64,000 nt of DNA, from assembly GCF_006345805.1 (NCBI RefSeq), contig NC_043012.1, forward strand, positions 31,186,001-31,250,000. The letters run 5' to 3'. Numbering within the stretch: position 1 is the first letter of the stretch; the number at the start of each line of letters is the position of its first letter. The DNA comes from Octopus sinensis (lineage: Eukaryota). Below, piece by piece: positions 40,651-53,690 of the stretch. The position numbers were made by a program, and so were the translations under genes. Under the pieces are notes generated by a model, which saw only the letters and a program-made list of their open reading frames with translations, had not been told where the DNA came from and ran no database searches.

Positions 40651-40662
40651 ATGTGTCCTCAC

Positions 40663-40700
<38 letters not shown>

Positions 40701-40708
40701 CGTGCGTT

Positions 40709-40791
<83 letters not shown>

Positions 40792-40876
40792 TATATATAC
40801 ATACATACATACACACACAAAGATATATATATATATATATTTTCTTTACTACCCACAAGGGGCTAATCATAGAGGG

Positions 40877-40926
<50 letters not shown>

Positions 40927-41127
40927 ACTCTACTTTTGGTGAAAATCCTTGCAATACACCACAACGTCTGAAACCTTTGAACTTTACGTAGAACTATTAT
41001 TATTATTATTACTATTATTTTTCTACTTTCTAAACTTTCCTGTTGTGACCCTTCTGTCCGACAGTCGCCATTATAGATCGGTCGCCACTGCACACATTTT
41101 TTTTCTTTCCTTGTTTCTCTCCTTTTT

Positions 41128-41165
41128 TCTTTCTGTAGAAGAGCGTAGGCTCGAAACGTAAAAGA
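41128..41165 (+). ncRNA. Minimal type I hammerhead-like motif (PLE tail family), A6>U
   Basis: TCTTT-CTGTAGA-A-GAGC gtag GCTC-GAAAC-GT-A-AAAGA: helix I 5 bp, helix II 4 bp, loopless palindromic helix III (ACGT). Confidence 0.55.
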
Positions 41166-41262
41166 CTTATTCAATTCCCGAGCGTAGCGTTATACTAATA
41201 CATTTGTTTGTTTTGTACACCACCTGTCTTCGTCTTTTGTTTTTTTACGTGAATTCTCCCTT

Positions 41263-41342
<80 letters not shown>

Positions 41343-41353
41343 TTTATAGAAGG

Positions 41354-41404
41354 AGCTTCTACAGGACTAGAACTGTTTCATTCAGATGAAATCTTTAGGA
41401 AGCT
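41354..41404 (-). ncRNA. Type I hammerhead motif, G5>A
   Basis: AGCTTC-CTAAAGA-tttcatctgaat-GAAACAG ttctagtc CTGT-A-GAAGCT (GUA triplet). Confidence 0.65.
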
Positions 41405-43060
41405 GGCTGTCAAAATAAGTTCTGGTATTTATGCATTTAGGCAGATTTAATAGAGTGGTGGTGGGGGACGTTTTTGGGGTAGGTTGGTATTTAAGAGATA
41501 AACAGGACACAAGCTATTGTTCTTAGGGGAGTGGTCAAAAGGCCAGAGTGTCTTTTGAAATGAGAAGAATCAGTGAGAAAATAAATAAATGAATAAATAG
41601 AATAAATGAATAGAAACAGATATATAGGATGGGATTTTAGGTAAATTAGAAGACAATTGCTTTTTGGTGGTCAAGAAGAGGTAGGCAGTTTGTTATTGTT
41701 AGGTGGAGGGAATAAATGGATAAATATACATGAAAAAACATATAAAATAAATATACATACATACACATGCGAATATACATATGTATACATACATACGCAC
41801 ATATATATACATACATACACATACATACACATACACATAAACATACACACATATATATATATATATATTATATACATATACATATACATATACATACGTG
41901 CACCTACATACACACAAACACGCTCATATATATACATATACATATATATATATATATATATATATCTATACATATATATATATATACACATACAAATACA
42001 CATAAGTATACATACATAAATATACCTACGTACATATAAACATATACATAATTATGCATATATAAACACATACATATAAATACATATGTACAAACAAACA
42101 CACACATAAATATATACACGCATATATAAACACACATGCACATATAAAACCTATGTGTATATAAATATATATACGCATATATAAGCATATATACGCATAT
42201 AAATATATATATGCATATATAAATACACACATGCATATACATACATACACACATACATACATGCACATACATACACATACATACACTTACATACACATAC
42301 ATATCTACATATATACACATATATATATACCCATACATAAATCTACATGCCCATTATATATATATATATACATACATCCATAAATATATACCCATATACA
42401 CATATACATACATACATACACACATATAAAAATATAAATACACATATATGCACACATATATAAATACATAAACATATACATATGCATATACATACATATA
42501 AATATATACACATGTACACACATACATACATAAATAAATACATACACACACATACAAACATATGTATATATATATATATATATAATATATTATATATATA
42601 TATATACATATACATATATACATATACATATATATATATATATATATACACACGTATACATACACATGCACATACATACAAACACACATATATACGCATA
42701 GACATACGCATGTACATATACATATGCACACATACATATATATGCACATATATACATATATGTGCATATATACATATGTATACATATATATATATATGTA
42801 TATAGTCTTAGGAGAGAAGGTAATTGGGGTGATGAAGGAAAGGTGGTGTGGTGGGGGGCGGGGGTGGGGGTGATGGGTTTTGTGGGTGGGGTGTCGTCAA
42901 TCGGGTGGCCGGGTGGGTCTGTAATTTTTGTAGTTTGCATAGATTTTGTGCATACAGTTTGGGGAGTGTTCCGAGATCTTGTTGAGGCGAGGGCTTTTGG
43001 CGAATAAGATCTCCAAGCTCTCAGAAATGCATATGTATACTTATGTGTATTTGTATATAT

Positions 43061-43091
<31 letters not shown>

Positions 43092-43708
43092 CTATATATA
43101 TATATGTGTTTGTGGTGTGTGTGTGTGTGTGTGTGTTGTGTGGTGTATATGTATTATATGTGCGTTGTGTGTGTGTATGTAGGTGCACGTACGTATATGT
43201 ATATGTATATGTATATAATATATATATATATATTATATATATATATATATATATGTGTATGTTTATGTGTATGTGTATGTATGTGTATGTATGTATATAT
43301 ATGTGCGTATATATGTATACATATGTATATTCGCATGTGTATGTATGCGTGTTTGTATGTATATTTATCTTATGTTTTTTCATGTATATTTATCCATTTA
43401 TTCCCTCCACCTAACAATAACAAACTGCCTACCTCTTCTTGACCACCAAAAAGCAATTGTCTTCTAATTTACCTAAAATCCCATCCCATATATCTGTTTC
43501 TATTCATTTATTCTATTTATTCATTTATTTATTTTCTCACTGATTCTTCTCATTTTAAAAAACACTCTGGCCTTTTGACCACTCCCCTAAGAACAATAGC
43601 TTGTGCCCTGTTTATCTCTTAAATACCAACCTACCCCAAAAACGTCCCCCACCACCACTCTATTAAATCTGCCTAAATGCATAAATACCAGAACTTATTT
43701 TGACAGCC

Positions 43709-43759
43709 AGCTTCCTGAAGATTATATCTGAATGAAACAGTTCTAGTCCTGTTGAAGCT
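43709..43759 (+). ncRNA. Type I hammerhead motif, intact core
   Basis: AGCTTC-CTGAAGA-ttatatctgaat-GAAACAG ttctagtc CTGT-T-GAAGCT: helix I 6 bp, helix III 4 bp, GUU triplet. Confidence 0.7.
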
Positions 43760-43841
43760 CCTTCTATAAAATAAATTACTTTACTCAGCTATGTATTGAG
43801 TACCTTATTTACAGTGGTTAACCCCGGCTCAACCCGGGACC

Positions 43842-43907
<66 letters not shown>

Positions 43908-44479
43908 CGAATGTGTGGACTACGAAAAGAAAGTGGTAATCAACACAATTTGTATGAGTTACATGTATTATTTAATGATAGTTTGACTCAGTTCCATGCG
44001 ACTTTTAGATTATTTGGCTCGTAGAATGAACGTAATCGTCAGGTATCTAGAAATCAAGTAAAAGGACATGAGGCAAATTTAAGATGGCTTCAAGATGTTA
44101 GCCTCTATTGATCAACTCACGTCATGTTGTATTATTCGTCTGGAAATGACACCAGTTCCTTTCTTTAATATCAGACCCATGTGGTCGAACAGGTGTTGGT
44201 TAGTAGCTGTCACCGAAATATCGGGGTTGCGGTATGGCTTATTTAGCGACACCAGTTCGTTGCCTTTGCTACTACACATAGTAGAACGGTGTGCTGTCGC
44301 GGGTTAGTGGAAAATACCTATTAGCGGTATTGGCCTTTAACTGGGATTAACCAAATTTGGTGGTGGTGGACTAAAATTTGGTGCAAGGTTGGATTGTGAC
44401 CATCGATGGGGCTGCAGTCTTTATACGGGCTGCAGGGGTTCTTTACCGTGCCTTTTATAATGGAGCAGTCAAGCCTTAT

Positions 44480-44930
44480 GTGGTATATCGGGATTATAGG
44501 CTGAATTGTTCATTAGCAGGGCATTCCTCTGCTAGCAATAATAATTTTTCTTGTTGATGAACACTGAAGGTTTGTGGAGTACGTGGTCTCTCGTAGAGTC
44601 AGAGTTCGCAATTGCGAGTTCTTGGTGAGTATGATTACCGAGTCTCTAGGTAAAACAGAACAAGGAAGTGAAGTTTTCCATATCTCTGCACCCGAACGAG
44701 CGCATACGCTGTGTATACCTTCCTCTGAAGTTTCTTGTAATACCATCGAGTGGATTGAGGGTGGCTCTACGGACCACAGCCTGTGAGAAACGGCAGCTGG
44801 TAGGATTTCGGCAATTACTGGATGGGGTGTGTATTGGAGCCGCTGTAGGTGAGCGTCTGTGTCTGTTATACTGTGCGATGTTTGAAGCAATGTTGTTTAG
44901 CAAGAATAACTGACCTTGACGTTGTGAGAG
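44480..44930 (-). mobile_element. PLE GIY-YIG endonuclease remnant (second family)
   Basis: NNIASNIAQYNR...NCRNPTSC...VVRRATL...GITRNFRGRYTQRMRSF...ENFTSL; ...CSSTRKIIIAS; LLMNNS...PHK. Motif order matches the PLE endonuclease domain. Confidence 0.7.
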
Positions 44931-45822
44931 TTACTGTGTTTAAATGAATGACTTGCACATATTTTCACATGTATTTTATTTGATGTTTCACTTCAGTATT
45001 GCTTTTTATGGTGTCTTTTAAATTATTTTATACCTTTAAATATGTTCGCTGAGATCATTTATTTTATAAAAAGAAAAAAAAAAACAACAAATAAAAAAGA
45101 TGGGACTCAAAACGAACTAAGTTGAAATATGTCTGTATATTTTTCCCAATTTAATCTCCTGTGCGCATACACTCAACAGAATGACAGCAAATCTCTGAGG
45201 AGTCATATCGGTTGTTTTGAAGCTTCTGGTCTTACCCGGACATGGGAATACCTTTCAGACAGATGAAAAACTATTAGTTGTTGTTTTTTAGTCCAGAAAT
45301 TTTAATATATTTCTTGATCAATAATAATTTTGTTAATTTTGTTTCAATGTATTAGACCGATCTATATTTTTGACTACCAGCGCAGGAAGATAATTATACA
45401 TACATACATACATATACATACGCAAACCCACATATATTAACACACATATTCATACACACACTGAGGCACACAGAAACAGAAACTCACACATTCACATACA
45501 TAAATGTAATATTTTGTGTTGTTAATAAAAGAATATAGATAAACAGCAAAGCATTTATAATAATAGTAACAACAACAACAACAACAACAATAATAATATA
45601 TGTATATAAGAGCTCATATTCAAACACATGTAAATGTAATATTCTTAATCAATATATAAATACAGAAAAACAGCAAGAATTTCTTGATAGTAGAACTTTT
45701 AAACTAATATTAAATTTCCTTAATCAAGTTAGAGTTGACTGGCGACTTATTGAAGTGCGAAGGTAAAACTTTTAGTCTCAATAAAGTCTAATCTAATTCC
45801 CTCCCTCCCTCCCTCCATGATA

Positions 45823-45903
<81 letters not shown>

Positions 45904-45912
45904 GTCTATCTG

Positions 45913-45974
<62 letters not shown>

Positions 45975-45978
<4 letters not shown>

Positions 45979-46150
45979 GTCTGCCGTTACTTTCTGAGTT
46001 CAAATTCCGCCGAGGTCGACTTTGCCTTTCATCCTTTCGGGGTCGATAAATTAAGTACCAGTTTCGCACTGGGGTCGATATAATCGGCTTAATCCGTGTG
46101 TCTGTCCTTGTTTGTTCCCTCTATGTTTAGCCTCTTGTGGGTAGTAAAGA
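45975..46150 (+). mobile_element. 5'-truncated SINE family A within (TATC)n
   Basis: Core and tail present, head absent. Confidence 0.85.
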
Positions 46151-46151
46151 A

Positions 46152-46255
<104 letters not shown>

Positions 46256-46660
46256 GGCTATACACGTAGGCACGACGGTGTGTAAGAAGTTTGCTCCTCA
46301 GCCACATGGTTCTGGGTCCAGCCCAATTGTAAATAAATGAGAAATACATATACACACACCACATATATACAGTCATATATACAGTCGTTGCAACGCCCTT
46401 ATTATGATTTTATAATTATACTGAAATATGAATTACCCGTTATGGTATTGTTAGTACGCTGGCCACTGATAAATCATTAGATAATGGCTTTATCCTAATT
46501 ATGGATAAATATATCTTAATTCACTCCACGAACATATTTGCTGCAGAATTATTCTGAGCAAATAACCATATGGTTGAAATGGAAATTCAGGTTTTACTTC
46601 GTATATTTGTGTGAAATGCATATATATTGCTCGTATTTGTACGACTGTATATCCATGGTA

Positions 46661-47469
46661 TCTCTCTATATTTAAACGGCAGTTTGTCTGTCTGTGTGTC
46701 TGTGTGTCTGTCAGGTTGTACCCTCACCCTGACGACAGCTTTCAACCGATTCTGATGAAACTTGACACACACATAGCCCAATGTTATAATTCAAAACTAA
46801 CGCAGCGAAAATTTTGAAAAGTTCCCCCAGTTCTGAAAAAAAATCGATAAATTCGACATGGGTCGAGAATCTAAGCTTTTTATATGCAACACATTTTCTA
46901 CAGACTGTCTAGGGGACGCAACTCGACCTTTTTAACTCTCGGAACACGTGGGGTAAGTATCCCAAAATGTATAAAAATGTACAAAAACGGCAAAAAAGCG
47001 GGCAGCAATGTGAGTGACAACAACGAAAAAGTCAAAAGTGACCAAACTGAACAAACGAATGGAAAAGGTTTTTTTTGATGCACACGACAAAAGCGGTATA
47101 TAATAAACGAAGAGTTTGCAAGTAGCGTCCGAGGACCCTTAGGGTACGTCAAAAATTTAAGGTAAAACGTTTGGGGTGGTAGTTATAAAGAAAGTGTAAA
47201 CAAAAAAAGTATTCGAATAACTTGCGGCTGCAGCAGCTATTAGCAGAAGTGGCGATGTTGGGGGTAAAGTCTCGAATGTAATTTCTTCCTGGTAGGAATT
47301 GGTTGGGTTGAATTATCGATAGCTGTTTGATAGTTATTTGGGAGTGAAGAGAAGACATTGCAACCTACACATGCGCCTTCGTTCCCTAGAGGAAAAGGAC
47401 TAGATTGGGATTAGTCGTTGCCTACTAGGGGCTCTTGCATACCCGGGCAACGCCGGGCTATGCTGCTAG
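46661..47469 (+). mobile_element. Non-autonomous Helitron
   Basis: 5' A|TCTCTCTATATTTAAA, (GTCT/GT)n near the 5' end, 3' hairpin CCCGGGCAACGCCGGG, terminal CTAG|T, no TSD. Confidence 0.8.
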
Positions 47470-47483
47470 TATATATATATATA

Positions 47484-47547
<64 letters not shown>

Positions 47548-47974
47548 ATGTATTTCTCATTTATTTACAATCGGTTTGCGCTACTGAAAAGCTGAAAGCG
47601 TTTTTAATATCGCAAGCCGTGAAATCTTAAGATATAGTCTTATCCATAATATTTTATAAATCCTTACTATCCATTTTTACTCCCATACAGCTTTGCAGTA
47701 ATAGAATAATAGCTTAAGTGGATTGTAGACCATTTGGGGTCTACTTCTAGTGTACAGGCGTTGTCGTTTCAACGCCCTTATAATTTTATAATTATACTGA
47801 AATATAAATTAACCCTTATGGTATGTATGTATGTATGTATGTGTGTATGTATGTATGTATGTATGTATGTATGTATGTATGTATATATATATATATATAT
47901 ATATACAAATTAGTAAATAAATGGCACAACTAAGTACCGATATTTACTGGAAGGCAATACTTTGTATTGCATTA

Positions 47975-48058
<84 letters not shown>

Positions 48059-48327
48059 GTTTATATATATTTGTGTGCATTTGTTTTTGTCTCTCCAGCG
48101 CTTGAAAACCGGTGTAGGTTTGTTAACATCCTTGTAAGCTAGCAATTGTGCTAAAAGAGACAGAAACAATAAGAAACACGCTTAAAAGGTAAGGAGCCAG
48201 GTCGATTTGTACAACTAAACACATTAAGGAAGTGCTCCAGCATGGCCGCATTCCAATGACTGAAACAATAAAGGGTTGATATATATATATCTGCATGTAT
48301 GTATGTATATATATATATATATATATT

Positions 48328-48755
48328 TTATTTGTTTCAGTCATTTGACTGTGGCCATGCTGGAGCACCGCCTTTAGTCAAGCAAATCGACCCCAGGACT
48401 TATTCTTTGTAAGCCTAGTACTTATTCTATCAGTCTCTTTTTGCCGAACCGCTAAGTTACAGGGACGTAAACACACCAGCATCAGTTGTCAAGCGATGTT
48501 AGGGTGACAAACACAGACACACAAACATATACACACAAACATATACACACGCATACACACACACACATATATATATATATACATATATACAACGGGCTTC
48601 TTTCAGTTTCCGTTTACCAAATCCACTCACAAGGCTAAGGTCGGCCCGAGGCTATAGTAGAAGACACTTGCCCAAGGTGCCACGCAGTGGGACTGAACCC
48701 GGAACCATGTGGTTGGTAAGCAAGCTACTTACCACAGAGCCACTCCTACGCCTAG
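48328..48755 (-). mobile_element. SINE family B
   Basis: Full reverse-complement unit. An opposite-orientation 3' fragment lies at ~48064-48277. Confidence 0.88.
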
Positions 48756-48786
48756 GAGTATGTATATATATATATATATATATATA

Positions 48787-48824
<38 letters not shown>

Positions 48825-48827
48825 TAT

Positions 48828-48870
<43 letters not shown>

Positions 48871-48919
48871 GTATGTATGTATGTATGTATGTATGTATGT
48901 GTATATATATATATATATA

Positions 48920-48972
<53 letters not shown>

Positions 48973-49512
48973 TATATAATAACTCCCATAAATGTGAAGC
49001 CTTTAGGCAGCTAATTTCTGAAGTCCTAAAAGCATCTAATAAAGATGATAATTAAAAAATATCACTGTATCTTCCAAGGACGCTGTTATAGGAAGGCAAT
49101 AACATGCTTCACAGATTTTAGGATGCATACTGCAACATTAGTTTCTTTCTTTGATATAGATTTTGTTCCATTCTCAAAATTTTATAGAAGGAATGTCTAC
49201 TTTTTTTACGTACTCTACTTGGCGTTGCTTTTCAACGAACAGCTTCGCCGATACAAAGCATAAATATTTGGCAGAAAAAAAGTTTGCTATTCAATAAAAT
49301 TTATTATTGAAATATAGCATTTTGGTCTCTTTATTCCTTATTTGTTATTTATTGCAATTTCAGAATGACTTGAGATTTGTCCTTTATTGAAATATGGCTT
49401 CTACCAGTGGGCTTCTTTATTTCGGCACACTCAACACATTTTATTATGCTTACTCTTGCACACGCATATACAAACGCATATATATATATATATAGACACA
49501 CACACATACATG

Positions 49513-49543
<31 letters not shown>

Positions 49544-49594
49544 ATATATTTGTGTGTGTGTGTTTGTGTGCTTGTGTGTTTGAGCGTGTGTATA

Positions 49595-49800
49595 TATATG
49601 GCCTGATCAATAAGTATTCGGATTGTTGCCATAGTAACGAAGCAAAAAAACGCAGAGTAAAGTCGGTTGGCACAGAGTGACCTTAAACTCTGCTGTGCAT
49701 GCGCACTAAGTTTTAACGTTCTAGCTCACTTCTGCTGTTTACAGTAGTGCTTGGAAGGAAGGTGTGTAGCGTGTGATTGTCGCATTGACTATGACATATG
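49595..49800 (+). mobile_element. Probable mariner 5' terminal fragment
   Basis: TATGGCCTGATCAATAAGTATTCGGA resembles a mariner TIR start; no ORF retained. Confidence 0.4.
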
Positions 49801-49901
49801 TACATTTATACATATATATATACATACATACATACAAGAAGATGCATATGTGTGTATATATATGTACACACATATGTATATATATATAATATATACATAC
49901 A

Positions 49902-49980
<79 letters not shown>

Positions 49981-50010
49981 GATATAGATAGATAGATAGA
50001 TAGATATATA

Positions 50011-50420
50011 TAGGTGTAGGAGTGGCTGTGTGGTAAGTAGCTTGCTTACCAACCACATAGTTCTTGGTTCAGTCCCACTGCGTGGCACCTTGGGCAAGTG
50101 TCTTCTACTAAAGCCTCGGGTCGACCAAAGCCTTGTGAGTGGATTTGGGAGACAGAAACTGAGAGAATCCCGTCGTATATATGTATATATATGTGTGTGT
50201 GTATATATGTTTTTATGCCTGTGTTTGTCCCCCCAACATCGCTTGACCACCGGTGCTGGTGTGTTTATGTCCCCGTAACTTAGCGGTTCGGCAAAAGAGA
50301 CCGATAGAATAAGTACTAGGCTTACAAAGAATAAGTTCTGGGGTCGATTTGCTCGACTAAAGGTGGTGCTCCAGCATGGCCGCGGTAAAATTACTGAAAC
50401 AAGTAAAAGAGTAAAAGAGA
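50011..50420 (+). mobile_element. SINE family B
   Basis: Full unit from AGGTGTAGGAGTGGCTGTGTGGTAAG to CTGAAACAAGTAAAAGAG. Confidence 0.88.
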
Positions 50421-51080
50421 GTAATATAACATATATAATCACATACATATACATACACACACAATATATGCATTCACGCACACATACATACACATACGCA
50501 TACACATATAGACACATACACACACACGCACACACACACTGCAAGCAAAACACACACACACTACATATACATACATGCACATACACATGCTTCGAACTAC
50601 CAGTACCATCTACTGACCATTCTCCTAAGCACATGTGTAGGCAGCCACTCCAACCAAAATTCTTACTATAAATTCTTGCTATGACATTAAACGATACTAA
50701 GCCCAACCACACACACACACACGTGCTATCATTACACATACACACACACACAGATCTGTGCGTACATACCCACAAAAACACACGCACACCTCCTTCTCTT
50801 GCACTCTCCTTTCTTTGAAAGAACTTTTTCTACACCCATTCCCTTCCGGTCATTTCAATATGTGACCGTGTGTGTATCGTTGGCGATTTTCTTTCTCCGT
50901 CTTCCCTTCTTTGGACTTTTTCTATATTTATGTTGAAGAGCTCCGCTCGAAACATGAATTCCTTTTTCTTTCTTTCCTTTCCTGAGCGTCCAATAACACT
51001 GTACTTATTCCATGTCCTTGCGTTCTTCTGTTTTCTCTTTGTTCATGTTTGGATTAACTATCTATCTATCTATCTATCTA

Positions 51081-51139
<59 letters not shown>

Positions 51140-51372
51140 ATGTATGTATGTTCGTATGTGTGTGTGTGTGCTTGCGTGTTAATGTGTATGTGTAGCTTTA
51201 TATATTCCGTGCAGATGTTCCCAATATTCAATTAAACTTTATATAATGTGAAATAATATCATGCTGCACTAAATTACGTTATGTCACATTTTGCTATGAT
51301 ACATTATATTATACAGTATATGATATATTTATAGCATGAAACCATGTTTCATGATCGCTCATATATAAACGC

Positions 51373-51803
51373 AGGCATTGCTGCATGGTTAGGACGCTTG
51401 CTTTGCAACCATGTAGTTTAGGGTTCAATCTGTAATCCCAAGTTGGCCAATGCATTGTGAACGAATTTGGTAGATGGAAACTGTGCAGAAGCCCATCGTA
51501 TATATTTACATGCGTGTGTATCTTTGGGTTTGTGCTTATTATCCTACCATCTCTTGAAAATCAATGTTAGTTTCTATGCGTCAGCGTAACTTAGCAACTT
51601 GGCAAAAGAGCGATTGAATAAGTAAAATTAATCTGCTGAGCTAGGTATGGTGGTGTGGTAAGAAACTTGCCTCCTAGCTACACGGTTCGGAGTTCAGTCC
51701 CACTGCGTGGCACCTTTGGCAAGTGTATTTTATATAGTCTCGGACCGAGCAAAACCTTGTGAGTGGATTTTAGTAGACGGAAAGTGAAAGAAGCCAGTCG
51801 TGT
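51373..51803 (+). mobile_element. Two diverged SINE family B fragments
   Basis: GGGTTCAATC and GAGTTCAGTCCCACTGCGTGGCACC heads with GAAACTG/GAAAGTG segments. Confidence 0.65.
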
Positions 51804-51813
51804 GTGTGCATAT

Positions 51814-52731
51814 AGGAATGTAATGCTCTTAGCTTAGTTTTTCCTTGGGGCTGGCCAGATTGGAGCAATCTCTAGTATAACCAGCCGAAATTGCAAGATA
51901 ATCCGGAATTCGGCTGAGGAAGGAAAACTTCGAATGACCCGTCCTTGTTTTCTTTGTATAGTGTATCTGGATGTTTTGTTGTTTGAGTGTTTTGCGTTCT
52001 TGTCCCATTTTGTATATATATATATATATATATAGTGGCATACGTACACTTTGGTCTCTATATGTAAGCATATGTTTATCTAAATCTTGTACGATTCTAT
52101 TCTTTTTTCTATCAGCCCTTTCACGCTTATTCGTTCATTCCACTCTTTGTTCATTTGTCCCTCCTCTTTTCACTTCACTGTGTCCCTGTCATGTTTTCTC
52201 GCTCATCCATAATTCTTCTGTCCATCTACCTCTACCTCTCTCTCTTCTTTCCCCCCGTGACCGGTGTTCGGCCAAGCCTGATCTTTCTTTCTTGATTCAC
52301 CCGTCGTCCGTGCAACATCTATATTCGTCCCTGTGCCTGTGAAATCTTGTATCCCTACCGCAAGGCTTTATTTCCACACACGCCAACTTAATTTAATTCG
52401 ACCTTAGTCGAAAGACACCTGTTGTTATGTCCTGTTATTTTTATTTGTGTAACATTCTCCATTTTTTCCCGTCCTTGTTTTCGTATACATTCGCTGCTTT
52501 CTTCCAAGGAATCTAATGCTCTTAGCTTACTTTTTCTTTGGGGCTGGCCAGATTGGAGTAATATCTAGTATAACCAGCCGAAATTGCAAAGATAATATGG
52601 GACTCGACTGAGGAAAGAAAACTCCAAATGACCCGTCCCTTGTTTTTTCTTGTATCGTGTATCTGGATGTTTTGTTGTCCATTTTTTGTATCACCTGTCT
52701 GGATGTTTTGCGTTCTTGTCCCCTTTTGTAT

Positions 52732-52740
<9 letters not shown>
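51814..52740 (+). repeat. Pair of ~210-bp direct repeats bracketing a ~480-bp spacer (LTR/pLTR-like)
   Basis: AGGAAT(G/C)TAATGCTCTTAGCTTA...GACCCGTCC...TTGCGTTCTTGTCCC at ~51814-52015 and ~52507-52735. Confidence 0.8.
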
Positions 52741-52794
<54 letters not shown>

Positions 52795-52825
52795 TATATA
52801 TATATATATATATGCATGTATGTAT

Positions 52826-53050
52826 ATTTACGTGTGTCTTTGTGTCTATGTTTGTCCCTCCCTATCACTTGAAAATCGATGTTGGTTTGTTTACGTCCCT
52901 ACGACTTGGTGGTTTTGCAAAAGAATCTGACAGAATAAGCACTAGGCTTACAAAGAATAAGTTCTGGGGTCGAATTCTTCGACTACAACCCTTTAAGGCG
53001 GTGCTCTAGCATGGCTGCAGTCGAAATGACTGAAACATGTAAAAGGGTAA
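52826..53050 (+). mobile_element. SINE family B 3' half
   Basis: GAATAAG..CTAGGCTTACAAAGAATAAGTTCTGGGGTCGA...CATGGC...TGACTGAAACA. Confidence 0.75.
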
Positions 53051-53177
53051 AAAAGTATATATTTCTTCGGCTAAACAATTCAAAATGGTGCCCCAGCATG
53101 GCAGCAGTCCGGTGAGTGAAATAAGTATAATTCAAAAGATAAAATATACGCATTTTAAGTTCACATATATATTTAAT

Positions 53178-53690
53178 TTAAATCCTTAAATCCTTAAAAA
53201 TGTTTCAGCCCGAAGGCTGCGGCCATGCTGGGGCACAACCGTTGAATGAGCTACACTAGTATGTGAAACCACCTCTGATACGTGGCACTTGATCAACAAG
53301 GGAGTTCGACGCTGCTGCCCGCATCTGTGTTTCCTGCCGAGAGTTTGGTTCATCTGGATACCCTGACAAGAAGAGATCCAGTTTAGTTTTAAAGAAACCC
53401 ACATCCACACCATGCAGGTCTCTCAGGCATTTAGGAAGGATATTGAAGAGCTATGGTTCCCTGAAACCCAAGCTGTTGCAGTATCTGGTCTTGTATTTTG
53501 ATGGTAATGTTGAGATCTTTGCACCATGCAGTGGCGCCCCGTTCTGCTGTTGGGGTAACTTTGAATGCCAAAATTCGGGACAAGACCCTCCAGTATTTTC
53601 CAGATGTATATCACTGCATATCTCTCCCGTCTTCGCTCCAGGGAAAAAAGTTTTAATTCTTTCAGTCTTTCCCAGTAGCTGATAGTTACC
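53178..53690 (-). mobile_element. CR1-group LINE 3' end
   Basis: ISYWERLKELKLFSLERRRERYAVIYIWKILEGLVPNFGI..., 3' stem-loop CAGCC-TTCG-GGCTG and an 8-bp tandem tail (ATTTAAGG)n. Confidence 0.8.

Larger units (their letters stand above)
41337..43776 (-). mobile_element. 5'-truncated Penelope-like element with inverted pseudo-LTR
   Basis: 41337-~42013 is the reverse complement of ~43032-43776. The unique core reads [28 protein letters not shown] on the minus strand (GIY-YIG C-terminus-like). HHR motifs lie near both outer ends. Confidence 0.8.

Noticed and set aside
44020-44045. CTGACGA on the minus strand in the tail of the 44.5-kb PLE
   Set aside because: No GAAA box follows and no helices form.
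51915-51950. CTGAGGA...CGAATGACCCGTC as a hammerhead in the direct repeats
   Set aside because: GAAA and the A15.1-U16.1 pair cannot be assigned in either copy.
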